DNA from: Candidatus Poseidoniales archaeon
Lineage (GTDB): Archaea > Thermoplasmatota > Poseidoniia > Poseidoniales > Poseidoniaceae
Direction of reading: 5' to 3'
Assembly (NCBI GenBank): GCA_038105035.1
Contig: JAYOBT010000003.1
Coordinates: 4,379-68,378, forward strand
Length of the DNA: 64,000 bases
Positions 9,013 to 19,800 of the stretch are shown piece by piece; within the stretch, counting starts at the first letter, position 1, and every line of letters begins with the position of its first letter. Position numbers and translations under genes: made by a program. Below the pieces are notes generated by a model that was given only the letters and a program-made list of their open reading frames with translations, was not told the origin of the DNA and did not search any database.

Positions 9013-9833
9013 ACACGGTCAATGCAGTATGAGCAAGATTCACCAGGAACATAGGCTGGATGCAACTGTTCTTTCGGCGTCAAAGGTTCACGGCATGCAA
9101 AGCAAACCGTGGTACCTGTCTCGCTAAGATCTGGGAGGAGTGCAACGCGCTTGTCGAAGACGAAGCATTCCCCGTCCCAGTAATCTCCGCCGACTTGTTC
9201 AAAATAGCCAAGAATTCCTCCTTCGAGCTGCTTAATGTTGGTAAAACCAGCATCTTTCATGATGACACTGGCCTTTTCACAGCGTACGCCACCAGTGCAG
9301 AACATGACAATTTCTTTGTCCTTGAAAGATTCATCCATCTCTGAAACAGCCTGGGGGAAGGATCGAAACGTGTCAATCTCCAATTCAATGGCATTTTGGA
9401 AGGTTCCTAGACGAGTTTCGTATGTGTTTCGAGTGTCGAGCAGAACGACGTCATCCCGATTGAGGAGTTTTTCATGCAATTGAGCAGGAAGAATCCTTCC
9501 ATCATCCGATTCGACTCGATCGAAGTTTGGCATACCAACAGAGATGATTTCGTTCTTGAGACGTACATTCATGCGATTGAATGGTTGGTGTTCGGAATAC
9601 GATGTCTTGAAATCGATGTCAGAAAAACGTTCATCTTCGCAGAGATATGCTTGGAAACGTTCGATGTTCGGTTCAAGACCGGCCACAAAAATGTTGATTC
9701 CTTCATGGCTGAGGAGGATTGTTCCTTTCAATTCAAGTGCATCGCACTTCTGTTTGAACGGTTGACGCAGAGCATCACGATCGTCGAGCACAACAAACTT
9801 GTACCCAGCGATGTTAAGGTGCTGCTCCGTCAT
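8991..9833 (-). CDS. trhO: Rhodanese-domain tRNA uridine(34) hydroxylase TrhO (UPF0176/YceA family).
   Basis: Rhodanese active-site loop MFCTGGVRCEKAS. C-terminal Cys cluster CFACREPL...CSYC. Length and architecture fit TrhO/YceA. Confidence 0.8.
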   Translation of the reverse strand: MTEQHLNIAGYKFVVLDDRDALRQPFKQKCDALELKGTILLSHEGINIFVAGLEPNIERFQAYLCEDERFSDIDFKTSYSEHQPFNRMNVRLKNEIISVGMPNFDRVESDDGRILPAQLHEKLLNRDDVVLLDTRNTYETRLGTFQNAIELEIDTFRSFPQAVSEMDESFKDKEIVMFCTGGVRCEKASVIMKDAGFTNIKQLEGGILGYFEQVGGDYWDGECFVFDKRVALLPDLSETGTTVCFACREPLTPKEQLHPAYVPGESCSYCIDRVQSQTIH

Positions 9834-9870
9834 AATGATTCGTCCGGATTCATCCTCTTATGCTCATCGT

Positions 9871-11616
9871 TTAGCGACGCCAGTCGTGTTTGCTTGCAAG
9901 AGGATGACGCCAGCCCTGTCCGAAAGCACGTGAGGAAACGCGGGGTGCTGGAGCCATCTGCCAACGCTTGTGCTCATTGGCTTCAAGCCGTTGAAGCACA
10001 GTGACGACGGTCGAATACTCATAACCATGTTCGGTGATATCTTCGGCTCCAAGACCTTGCTCGATGTGGAGTTTGAGGATTTCATCAAGCATCTCGTAAG
10101 GGGGAAGCGTATCATCATCGCGTTGGTCTGGAGCAAGTTCTGCCGATGGTGGTTTGGTCATGGTTGAATCATTGACGGGTGGACTCTTTCCATTTGATTG
10201 AGCTCTACGATTGAACACCTCTCCAAGACCGTAGACATCCATTTTGTAGACATCCCCTAAAGGCGTGTAGCCTCCAGCCATGTCACCGTACAATGTACAG
10301 TAGCCTTGTGCAAGTTCGGATTTGTTTCCAGTTGCAATGGCCATTCGACCTTGTGCATTGGCGTGGGCCATCACGAGAATTCCTCGTAGCCGTGCTTGGA
10401 TGTTCTCTTGAGCGACGTTTGCGCCTTGCTCAAGCATCTCTGCTAATTGTTCTTCAAGTCCTGAATGATGGTTATCAATGGAAATTGATGCATATTCCAT
10501 TCCAAGAGCCTCGGCTGTGTACTTTGCATCGTCAATGGAATGTTGTGATGAGAATCGAGATGGCATGGAGATTCCAAGCACGTTCTCTGGACCAACAGCC
10601 TCAGCAGCAACACAAGCCGCAACGGCAGAGTCAATACCGCCACTCAATCCAAGGACGATACGTTGTATTCCAGATTTCTGGCAGTAATCACGTAACCCGA
10701 GAACGACCGCATCGGCAAGTTCATCGAGGACGTTATTTTGTTCTTCACCAGTTTCATGTGAGGCGTAGTGTCTGATTTCATCTTCTGAGGAGTCCACAGC
10801 GATCCACGAAGTTGCTTCAGGATTGTTGATGTCGACTAGAAGGATACCTTCTTTCCAAGAAGGGGCGACAACGACCTCGCCTGTTGGCCAAGCAGCGAGA
10901 GATCGCCCATCGAAGAGAAGGTCGTCGTTCCCTCCGATTTGATTGCATAACAGGAACGGATGACCCAGTGTTTTGGCAGCTGTTCGAGCAACGTGAAGTC
11001 GTGTTTGGATTTTGTTGGAATGATAAGGAGATGCGGAAAGATTGACTGTTGCATCGAGGTTGACACCTTGACGACCCCATTCAGCAAGTTGCTCGATTGG
11101 ATCTGCATCGTATTCTGAAGGTGTTTCTCCTGCAACCTGCCAAGCATCTTCACAGATTGTAACACCGAGTTCAAGTGGCCCTGAGAGTGTTCGCGCAATA
11201 CCTGGCCTGTCATCGGAATCGAAGTATCGGGCTTCATCGAAGACATCGTAGGTTGGAAGCAATTGTTTTCGAGCAACGATTTTCACAGGAGCCTCATTAC
11301 CGATCAAGGCAACACCATTTCCAGGTTTTGCTCGTTCCGATTCGGGAACCGTTGGTGTGCCGATAAGCGATGGAATGTCGACGTTGAGCGATAGGGCTGC
11401 TTGTTGTGCGAGTTCAACAAAACTCGATTGCATCAACAAATCCCGTGGAGGATAGCCACAAATGGCCAACTCAGTGCTGACACAGGCCACGGCACCATGG
11501 GCTGTTGCAGCCGCAACAAAGCGCTCCAAACGCTCAGCATTTCCAGTCAAATCACCAACGGTTGGGTTGATTTGAAGCAGAGCAATGATGCTGGCATCTT
11601 GCTCGCTCATGACCAT
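9871..11616 (-). CDS. nadE: Glutamine-dependent NAD+ synthetase (N-terminal CN-hydrolase/glutaminase domain plus C-terminal NAD synthetase domain).
   Basis: SGGIDSAV PP-loop ATP pyrophosphatase motif in LGLSGGIDSAVAACVAAEAV. The N-terminal nitrilase-like domain begins at ALLQINPTVGDL. The track start at 11652 overlaps the upstream gene. ATGs at 11616 and 11610 fit the family N-terminus. Confidence 0.88.
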   Translation of the reverse strand: MVMSEQDASIIALLQINPTVGDLTGNAERLERFVAAATAHGAVACVSTELAICGYPPRDLLMQSSFVELAQQAALSLNVDIPSLIGTPTVPESERAKPGNGVALIGNEAPVKIVARKQLLPTYDVFDEARYFDSDDRPGIARTLSGPLELGVTICEDAWQVAGETPSEYDADPIEQLAEWGRQGVNLDATVNLSASPYHSNKIQTRLHVARTAAKTLGHPFLLCNQIGGNDDLLFDGRSLAAWPTGEVVVAPSWKEGILLVDINNPEATSWIAVDSSEDEIRHYASHETGEEQNNVLDELADAVVLGLRDYCQKSGIQRIVLGLSGGIDSAVAACVAAEAVGPENVLGISMPSRFSSQHSIDDAKYTAEALGMEYASISIDNHHSGLEEQLAEMLEQGANVAQENIQARLRGILVMAHANAQGRMAIATGNKSELAQGYCTLYGDMAGGYTPLGDVYKMDVYGLGEVFNRRAQSNGKSPPVNDSTMTKPPSAELAPDQRDDDTLPPYEMLDEILKLHIEQGLGAEDITEHGYEYSTVVTVLQRLEANEHKRWQMAPAPRVSSRAFGQGWRHPLASKHDWRR

Positions 11617-11648
11617 CCCACGTACTCGTGTTTCATAGAAATGATGCA

Positions 11649-14600
11649 TCATTTGTATTGCAAAATTTCACCGTTGGCATCCTTGTACCACCAACTTCCG
11701 TCTTGTTGATTCTGCCACCACCAAACCCCATCGGCTCCTTGCGTCCAGCCATCTGCAGAAGCAGTTTGGGTGGTTGCAGCAACCGGTTCGGATTCTTGAA
11801 TGGGTTCGCTCAGGTTGAGATCGGCATCGTCATCACTGTACTCTTCTTCATCTTCATCAAGATAATCGGAATATTCGTCCCATTCGTATTCCGATTTGGA
11901 ACCGCGACGTACGGTTGCATTTCGAGCCATGAGCAAGAGAGCGAGGATAATGGAAAGGCCGAGCAAGGCGCCGATGGACCCAAGAATTGGGTTCACCTCT
12001 CCAAACACGGCTTCGCTGAAAGAAGGATCGCTCTTTGGTCGGACGTCAACCGATGGGCCGTTGCCTTTGACACCGTTTTCGAGTTGAACTTCAAGCCATT
12101 GAAGACCAACTTGTTCAGGAGCCCAGTCGATGAGAATAGTACCCAATCCGCCTTCTGCAACCTCCAATTCTGTTTGACGGAGAACCTCTGACGTTCCATC
12201 AGCACGGACTACGGAAATCGTGGCATCGGTTGTACCATCCAATGTCCCAACGTTCTTGACAAAAATTTGGACAGCGGTCGAATCACCTTGTTGGAGGTTC
12301 AAGCGCGAGTATTCCATGGCCGGCGTTTCAAGCTCAAACTTCGGTTGTCGCCATTCCATAAGCCAAGAAGTGACAGCATTGCCTGCCGCTGAACCCGCTT
12401 CCCCGAGAACGAGGTTTCCTGCAAGGTCACGGCCTTCGACGAGGACGTAGACGGTGAAGCGATCGACCAACATATCGTCCGTGATGACGCTCAAATCCAT
12501 CGTTCCTGTACCAATAAGACTCAATCCACTGATTTCGGTCCCTTGCAAGAGGAAAGGACTGTCACCCTCTCGAATGAATTCACCCGTTTCGCTATCTTCG
12601 ATCCACCACGCTAATCTCAAGGATTCGAAGTCGATTCCGCCTTCCTCAGAGAGAACAATCGTCACTTCGTGTTCATCGGCAGAAAGAATCGATCCAGGAC
12701 GGGGCGTCTGTACTTCAATCGGCTGAGGACCGAGTCCATCGACAACCATCCATTTTACCGAGGATTCCTTCTCAGTTGCATCAACACCTTGAGGCGGTAA
12801 GCAACCAACGGACCATGTTAGTGGAATGGTTCCAGAGGCTTGTGGCGAGCGAAGTTCAACGTTCCAAATCCCGTTGTACGTTTCAGCAGAATAGGTTTGA
12901 CCAGCGAACATGATTTCAACGCTGCAGTTGAAATCAGGTGTTTCTTCTGTTGCAGCGAACACCAAACCACCTGTCAGTTCAAACGGAGAATTCGGCGGCA
13001 ATCGAGCTCCATCATCGAGAACAGTGCCTTGAGTCAACACCAACGAAACAGATTCTTGCGGAATGGTCAATGCAGGTGAAAAGCGCCAACGTAGCGCAGG
13101 GAACGTTTGGATAACTTCCTGTCCAGCGCGATCGATGATCTTCACACTCGGCTCTCGGAAGGTATCACCAAGGTCTGGCGTGGTCCACGCCAATTCGAGG
13201 TCAACGACCAATCGCGTGTCCTTCTCGTAGGGACCAGCCGTGGTGCCATCAAGGGCGAGCATGGCACAATCACTGACGATCAGATGGATGCTGTTCGATG
13301 TGCATGAATCGGTTCTGAAATCCCATGTAAACGACAGAGGTGAAGTTAGGATGTTCGATGCAAGCTGGATTTCAACCGTTGTCAAATCCGAGGCACCGTT
13401 TGGTTCGCTCATGTCAACTCGTAGCGTGTAAGCCTGCTCAGGGTGCAACCACGGTTGCGCACCGCCTGTCCATGACATCGCAGTGGAGGAGAGTGTTGGC
13501 GGTCCATCCGGTCCAATTTGATACATGAACAAGTGCTCGCCTTCCTCTCCAGTTCCTGCATCCTCAAGAATTTGCCCAGATTCGTCCTGACCGACCAGAT
13601 ATCCTGCAACCTTCTGGCCTTGAGACCCCATGGAATCATCAAACAAGAGAGTGTAGATACCAGTTGAGAGCGTCAAATCCGTAGGAATGATGAGCGACCT
13701 TTGCTTGTACTCGTCAGGACTTGGCCAGCCGTTAAGATCAACATCGTCAATCCATTCCCGCCAAAGCATGATATGCACATCAGATGGCAATAACACAGGG
13801 TCGAGAATCTGGAATTGAACGGTTTGACTGGTCGATGCGAGTCGGTGATCGTACCAAGCAACCGTTGAATCGATAACAGCTGGAGCAGTTGGATCAATCT
13901 TGAAGGTTCGAGTGTATTCAGAATCACCGACAACATCACCTCCGTTCAGTGGAATTACACGAACGGTCCACGTCAAATCTCCGAATGAGAATGGAGCCAC
14001 ATCGGAAACATTCCACATGTCCACATCGAGACTAGTGGTGTTAGCAACCATCGTATTTCCTTGCCACAACTGAACCTCAGCATCACCGTCAGCAAAGGCA
14101 TCGATACTGTCAACGCCTTCATAACCGACATCGATCGTGAAATTCAAGCCCATGCCTGCTGCAAGGTACTCGGTGGACGAATCAATGATACCATGATCGT
14201 CCATGATATCGACCGATCTGATGACCAAATCATTCTCAAACGCCTGCCCTCCTCCGAGACCATTCCACATGTATTGACCTGGTCGTGAAATAACGCTGTT
14301 ATCGAGGACAAGACGCATCGAAGCCGTGAGCCAGTCTTCATCGTCCCATCCTTGCTCCACTCGGAATTTCACGGTTATTTCGCGCATCGTTGCCGATGTT
14401 TCTGAGATGCTGAACGATTCGGTTGGATGCAATTCGATGAGGCCACTGTCTGCTTGTCCTAGAGCGGCCCCCCCTCCAGTTGGCAGCAACCACGTGGCAT
14501 GATTGTTTTCTCCTTGGACATCAAGTCGAATCAATGAGATGGTTCGTGCAGTGTCAACGCTAAATCGCGTCGTAAACGAAAGCCAACGTTGGGAAGGTGT

Positions 14601-16742
14601 TAGTGGAGTCGACGCATTTTCAACAGTGACCATGCCTGCTGCAACGTCGTCACTAAACTCCATGTCTGTGACTTCAACGATTATTTTTCCATTGGACAAA
14701 CCAGTGAACGGGAACATGATCGATGGCGATGAGCCAGGCGTACGATAAGCAGCATTCGCAGCCATCACGAGAGGAGATTGCTCGCTCGCAGAGATGGAAA
14801 CCATGGTCGCATAAGGTGCTGCAAGATTGGAAAAGGTGGCAACACCGTTTCCATATGCCTCGATATCAACAAGAGCGAAGCCTTGGCCCAAGTTGTTCAA
14901 TAATGCACTCTGGCTGCTCAACGTTGATTGCATAAGTGCATATTCTGACGCATTCAATTCGAGGCGGTAAACGGTTGCGTTGTCCAATGTTCGTGAAAGG
15001 ATGGTCGACCCAGCAATGCGCAATGACACACCTGTCATGTTTCCGTTTTCACTGGAAACTGAAACTGCAAAATGCTCGAGATTCGATGCAGGAATCCATG
15101 TCGAAGCCTCGGCAAGGCCTGCGAATCCGAAGGATGCGCGATGGGTCTTTTCACCGGTTGAGAAGTGATCTTGGAAGCCCCATGAGCCGATTCGAACGTC
15201 TGGGTCGCCCCATTCAAGCAAACCGTCTCCATTCAAATCAAGCGAAGGTGAATGCACACGAGTGCCCGTTGACATGGTGACCTGAATCATATCGAGCAGG
15301 GCAGGTTGTGTTGAATTGTGCATGAACATGAGTTGGAAAGCATGCTCGTTGGCGTTAAGCTGTCCGGAGTAAGGGAGCGTGATGGCAATCCACGCATCCG
15401 CTTCATCGTGGCGAACGTATGCATCGTATTCTTGCACTGTCGCCGCAATTTGGTACCCAGAAAGAGGAGAATTGCTCGTAAACCATGGCGAATGGACTGT
15501 CCCATTGGCGATCGATGTGATGGAACCTGCCAGATAGGTGCTGTTGTTCATTGTCCACCCACGTTCCATTGGGTCTGTCGAGAATGTGTCTTTGAGCAGA
15601 CCACCTGCTGTAATGGATTCAACCGATGGCATAGAACTTGCATCCAATCCCTCGAAGATCATGCGAAGGCGAAGGGATCCATATGTTTCCCAATCAACTG
15701 CATCGAGATGAACAAGGGTGCCTTCGATGTTTTCGAATCCTGAAAGGTTGTCTCCTGTCGTGGCATCGATGAGGGTCCATGTAAGACTCGAACCAGTAGG
15801 CAAGTCTGCATTGATGTGCATAGGTGCATAAGGCCCCATGGCGAGAGAGAAACTGTTGGATGAATTGTATCCAAACGATGGGCTCGTCCATGATGTCAAT
15901 GGAGGGATAACCACTTTGACGTCATCAACAAACCAGTAATCACAGCAAGTCCCACTACCAGACGTTTGCTGGATGCGGAATTGCGATGTGGAATGGAGTG
16001 CAGCCGCCGGCAGGGTGGTTGAATATTGGAAATTGCTGGTTTGTGAACCACCCCCTTGGAAGGTGTGGAAGGTCGTCCATGTTCCACTTGCAGTCTTGTA
16101 CTTGAACTGAAGATTCTCACCTGAATCAGGCGTTTCTCCACAACCAGATCGGCCTTCGTGCACCCATGCATGGAACGGGATGTTGGAACGTCCAGCGAGA
16201 TCGGTCGCAGGCGAAGTTGCATGGGTCAAACCAGCATAGGTCCGCAGAGAACCTCCCGAACTGCCATTATGACCACATGCAGAATAACCTGAGACCCCCG
16301 ACGTCCAATGAGTACTGTATGAGTTGGAGAATGTCCAACCTTGTGCTCCATTGTTGAAATCGTATCCTGGTGCTGAACCATCGCCGGTTAGAACACCCGA
16401 GTTTGAGAAGGTGTTGTTCTTGACCGCATCAATGTGATTCCAAGCGGCATCACCTTCCCAAAGTAACGTCTGAGAATTCTCCATCGTCTCGGATTGAAGG
16501 CTCATGTCAAGCGATGTGATGGCACCAGAGCTGGTCGGAACATCAAGTTCAAACGATGTTAAACTGGCTTGATTTGGACGGATATCGACGGTCACAGGCG
16601 TATTTTCGCCAACCGAAGCGATAGCCTGCTCGTCATCCAAGTGAACAACTGGAGCGGGTGGGGCAAAGGTGGTGTATGGTCCCATGACGAACAGAAAGAG
16701 TACGAGGAAAGCAACTCCACGTCCCTTCGGAGAGGCGGCCAT
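11649..16742 (-). CDS. Giant (1697 aa) type-I membrane-anchored surface protein. It has a signal peptide, a MAM-like domain, a C-terminal TM helix, an acidic stretch and a Trp-rich GW...WWY repeat tail.
   Basis: MAASPKGRGVAFLVLFLFVMGPYTTFA signal. MAM-like block GWTFSNSYSTHW...ACGHNGSSGG...FKYKTASGTW...CCDYWFVDDVKV. C-terminal ILGSIGALLGLSIILALLLMARNATVRRGSK (TM plus basic stop-transfer), then EYEWDEYSDYLDEDEEEYSDDDAD, then DGWTQGADGVWWWQNQQDGSWWYKDANGEILQYK. Confidence 0.8.
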   Translation of the reverse strand: MAASPKGRGVAFLVLFLFVMGPYTTFAPPAPVVHLDDEQAIASVGENTPVTVDIRPNQASLTSFELDVPTSSGAITSLDMSLQSETMENSQTLLWEGDAAWNHIDAVKNNTFSNSGVLTGDGSAPGYDFNNGAQGWTFSNSYSTHWTSGVSGYSACGHNGSSGGSLRTYAGLTHATSPATDLAGRSNIPFHAWVHEGRSGCGETPDSGENLQFKYKTASGTWTTFHTFQGGGSQTSNFQYSTTLPAAALHSTSQFRIQQTSGSGTCCDYWFVDDVKVVIPPLTSWTSPSFGYNSSNSFSLAMGPYAPMHINADLPTGSSLTWTLIDATTGDNLSGFENIEGTLVHLDAVDWETYGSLRLRMIFEGLDASSMPSVESITAGGLLKDTFSTDPMERGWTMNNSTYLAGSITSIANGTVHSPWFTSNSPLSGYQIAATVQEYDAYVRHDEADAWIAITLPYSGQLNANEHAFQLMFMHNSTQPALLDMIQVTMSTGTRVHSPSLDLNGDGLLEWGDPDVRIGSWGFQDHFSTGEKTHRASFGFAGLAEASTWIPASNLEHFAVSVSSENGNMTGVSLRIAGSTILSRTLDNATVYRLELNASEYALMQSTLSSQSALLNNLGQGFALVDIEAYGNGVATFSNLAAPYATMVSISASEQSPLVMAANAAYRTPGSSPSIMFPFTGLSNGKIIVEVTDMEFSDDVAAGMVTVENASTPLTPSQRWLSFTTRFSVDTARTISLIRLDVQGENNHATWLLPTGGGAALGQADSGLIELHPTESFSISETSATMREITVKFRVEQGWDDEDWLTASMRLVLDNSVISRPGQYMWNGLGGGQAFENDLVIRSVDIMDDHGIIDSSTEYLAAGMGLNFTIDVGYEGVDSIDAFADGDAEVQLWQGNTMVANTTSLDVDMWNVSDVAPFSFGDLTWTVRVIPLNGGDVVGDSEYTRTFKIDPTAPAVIDSTVAWYDHRLASTSQTVQFQILDPVLLPSDVHIMLWREWIDDVDLNGWPSPDEYKQRSLIIPTDLTLSTGIYTLLFDDSMGSQGQKVAGYLVGQDESGQILEDAGTGEEGEHLFMYQIGPDGPPTLSSTAMSWTGGAQPWLHPEQAYTLRVDMSEPNGASDLTTVEIQLASNILTSPLSFTWDFRTDSCTSNSIHLIVSDCAMLALDGTTAGPYEKDTRLVVDLELAWTTPDLGDTFREPSVKIIDRAGQEVIQTFPALRWRFSPALTIPQESVSLVLTQGTVLDDGARLPPNSPFELTGGLVFAATEETPDFNCSVEIMFAGQTYSAETYNGIWNVELRSPQASGTIPLTWSVGCLPPQGVDATEKESSVKWMVVDGLGPQPIEVQTPRPGSILSADEHEVTIVLSEEGGIDFESLRLAWWIEDSETGEFIREGDSPFLLQGTEISGLSLIGTGTMDLSVITDDMLVDRFTVYVLVEGRDLAGNLVLGEAGSAAGNAVTSWLMEWRQPKFELETPAMEYSRLNLQQGDSTAVQIFVKNVGTLDGTTDATISVVRADGTSEVLRQTELEVAEGGLGTILIDWAPEQVGLQWLEVQLENGVKGNGPSVDVRPKSDPSFSEAVFGEVNPILGSIGALLGLSIILALLLMARNATVRRGSKSEYEWDEYSDYLDEDEEEYSDDDADLNLSEPIQESEPVAATTQTASADGWTQGADGVWWWQNQQDGSWWYKDANGEILQYK

Positions 16743-16838
16743 GCCTTTGCCTGATTTTCAAAGGACTTGAATGTGTCAGTCCCAACGACTGCTCTGATTG
16801 AGGGGAGAGATTGAAAACAAGGGGCCAATTCGCAAACC

Positions 16839-19800
16839 ATGGTTCGACCAAATCCGGCAGGTGAACTCGATGCCGTTGCCTTGGAAACGGCGCTCCTTGA
16901 ATCTTGGAAAAACGAGCAAACGTTCCAGCAATCTATCGATTCAAACCGGACAGGCGCACCCTTCATTTTCCTCGAAGGCCCGCCGACGGCCAACGGAAAA
17001 CCGGGCATTCACCACGTTGTGGCTCGAGCCTACAAGGACCTTGTTTGCCGTTGGAAGACAATGGAAGGTTTTCTTGTCGAGCGAAAAGGTGGCTGGGATA
17101 CGCATGGGCTTCCTGTCGAAATTGAAGTACAGAAGCGACTTGATTTGATGAGCAACGAAGCCATTGAAGAATTCGGAATGCAAGCCTTCAACGATGCATG
17201 CCGTGAAAGTGTTTGGACGTACGAAAGCGCGTGGAGAGAAATGACCGAACGCATGGCATACTGGGTCGATCTCGACAACCCATACGTCACACTGCACAAC
17301 GATTATGTCGAGTCGTGTTGGTGGGCACTCAAACAAATGTTCGACAAGGATTTACTCTACCGGGGCCACAAAGTTCTACCGTATTGTCCACAAACTGGAA
17401 CATCCTATTCGAGCCACGAAGTGGCCTTGGGCTACAAAGAAGTCGAGGAACCTTCGGTCTATGTGAAATTCAAATTGGTTGATGATTCTGCATCCATCCT
17501 CGCTTGGACCACAACGCCTTGGACCCTTCCAGGAAACGTTGGTCTTGCTGTTGGACCGGATGTAACCTATGCACGCTGTCGTGTTCGTGAAGAACCCGAA
17601 GGTTGGCAAGGGCGCGGTGGTGCATCGGTTGGTGAGGAATTGATTCTCGCCAAGGATTTGATGGGTGAAGTACTCCGTCATCATGTCGATATCATTGAAG
17701 AAATACCAGGATCGTCGCTTGTTGGCAAATCCTACGAGCCTTTGTTCCCAGATGCTGTCCCACGTGGCGACTCCACAACGGCATGGACCGTGTTGTCTGC
17801 AGATTGGGTCACAACGACCGATGGTACTGGTGTCGTCCATACCGCTGTGATGTACGGTGAAGATGACTACAATCTTGGAATGGAAGTGGGTCTTCCAGCG
17901 TACCACACCGTCAACATGGAAGGAAACTTCGTTGACGGCGTCCATCCTGAACTGGATGGTCGATACGTCAAATCCTGCGATGAATCTGTGATGGACATCC
18001 TCGTCGGCCAAAGCGATTCGATCGATTCCGGCCTGTTGTATCGAGAGAAGAGTTACCTCCACGATTATCCACATTGCTGGAGAACCGATCACCCACTCTT
18101 GTACTACGCCATGGATTCATGGTTCGTTCGTATGACCGCCGTCAAAGAGCGCCTCCTTGAATTCAACGATGGTGTTGAATGGGCTCCGGATTGGGTTGGA
18201 GAAGGTCGATTTGGAGAATGGCTCCGCAACGTCAAGGATTGGGCGATTTCTAGAGAGCGCTACTGGGGCACTCCACTTCCCGTTTGGAGAGATGAAGATG
18301 GGAACATGAAATGCATCGGCTCGATTGCTGAGTTGCAAGCTGAAGTAGCAAAGGCCAATGCAGCAGGATTCGAAAATCCTGAATGTCCTGATGATGTTGA
18401 TTTGCACCGGCCTGTTGTCGACGCATTCACACTCGTTTCAGACGACGGAAAACCAATGCACCGTGAACCGTTCGTGATGGATTGTTGGTTCGATTCAGGA
18501 TGCGCTCCATTCGCTCAATGGCACCATCCGTTCGATGAAAACAAGACGTTCGATGCTTCCTTCCCAGTCGATTACATCTGTGAAGGTGTTGACCAAACTC
18601 GAGGATGGTTCTACACACTGCTTGCTGTATCTACAACGGTGTTTGATTCCCCCGCTTACAAGCGATGCTTGTCACTGGGGCTAATTCTTGACGCTGAAGG
18701 CAAAAAGATGTCCAAGTCACGAGGCAACATTGTCGACCCCTGGGATCACTTCAATCGAGAAGGTGCTGATGCAACACGATGGTACATGGTCACTGCTGGT
18801 GCTCCGTGGAATCCATTGAAGTTTGATTCAAACGGCGTTCGAGAGACCTATGCTAAGATGTTCTTGACCCTATGGAACGTCTATCGATTCCATGCAGATT
18901 ATGCTGCTTTGGATGCTTTTGATCCTGCTTCGTCTGCCTCGACATATGAGAATCGTTCTCGTCTCGATCGATGGATTCTATCCAAACTCCACACCACGGC
19001 AAAAGCGTACCATGAGGGGTTCACAAACTGGAACTTCCACAAAGCATGTCGAGAACTTGAGGATTTCATTGTTAATGATTTGTCGAATTGGTACGTTCGT
19101 CGAAGTCGTCGACGATTGTGGGACGAAGCCGAATCAGGCGACAAACTTGCTTGCCAGCACACTTTACACGAACTTCTTGTCACCCTGTGCAGATTGATTG
19201 CACCTGTGAGTCCGTTCATGGTTGATACCATTCATCGAAACTTGACCGGCGAAACGGTTCACACTGCAGCATGGCCACTCGGGACACCTGGTTCAACAGA
19301 AGGTGCAACAGCCGATGCGTGGGATGAAGACCTCGTTGCTGCAACTGAGCAACTACCGCCACACAACGCTGGACTCGAGCATGAGATGGCCCTCGTGCGT
19401 GAGCTCGCTGAGACGGGCCGACGCATCCGTATCGATGCACAGCGACGTCAACGACTTCCTTGTGCAGAGGGATGGATCGTGGCCGGTCCAAATCTCGAGG
19501 CATATCATGACTTATTGTGCGAGGAACTTAACGTCGAGAGTATCTCTGTTGAAACCGACCTCGACCGCTTCCAACAAGTCGAACTTGGTGTTAATTTCAG
19601 AGCACTGGCTCCTAGAGCGAAGGGTGACGTCAACGCTATCGCTGGCCAAATCAAGAATCATTCAGATCAAGATGCTCTGCTTGCTGACATCCGTAACGGA
19701 TCATGCACCATCATGGGCGTCGATATTCTCGAATCCGATGTTGAAGTTCGTCGTGCGGAACGTGAAGGATACGCTGCTGCCACCATCACGGTAGGCGAAG

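Noticed and set aside
17376-18092. 238-aa ORF (-) inside ileS, and 33285..34064 (+, 259 aa) inside the Hdr-like gene.
   Set aside because: They are antisense to genes with unambiguous class-I aaRS / Fe-S CCG signatures. They have no motifs and are typical long antisense ORFs in a balanced-GC genome.
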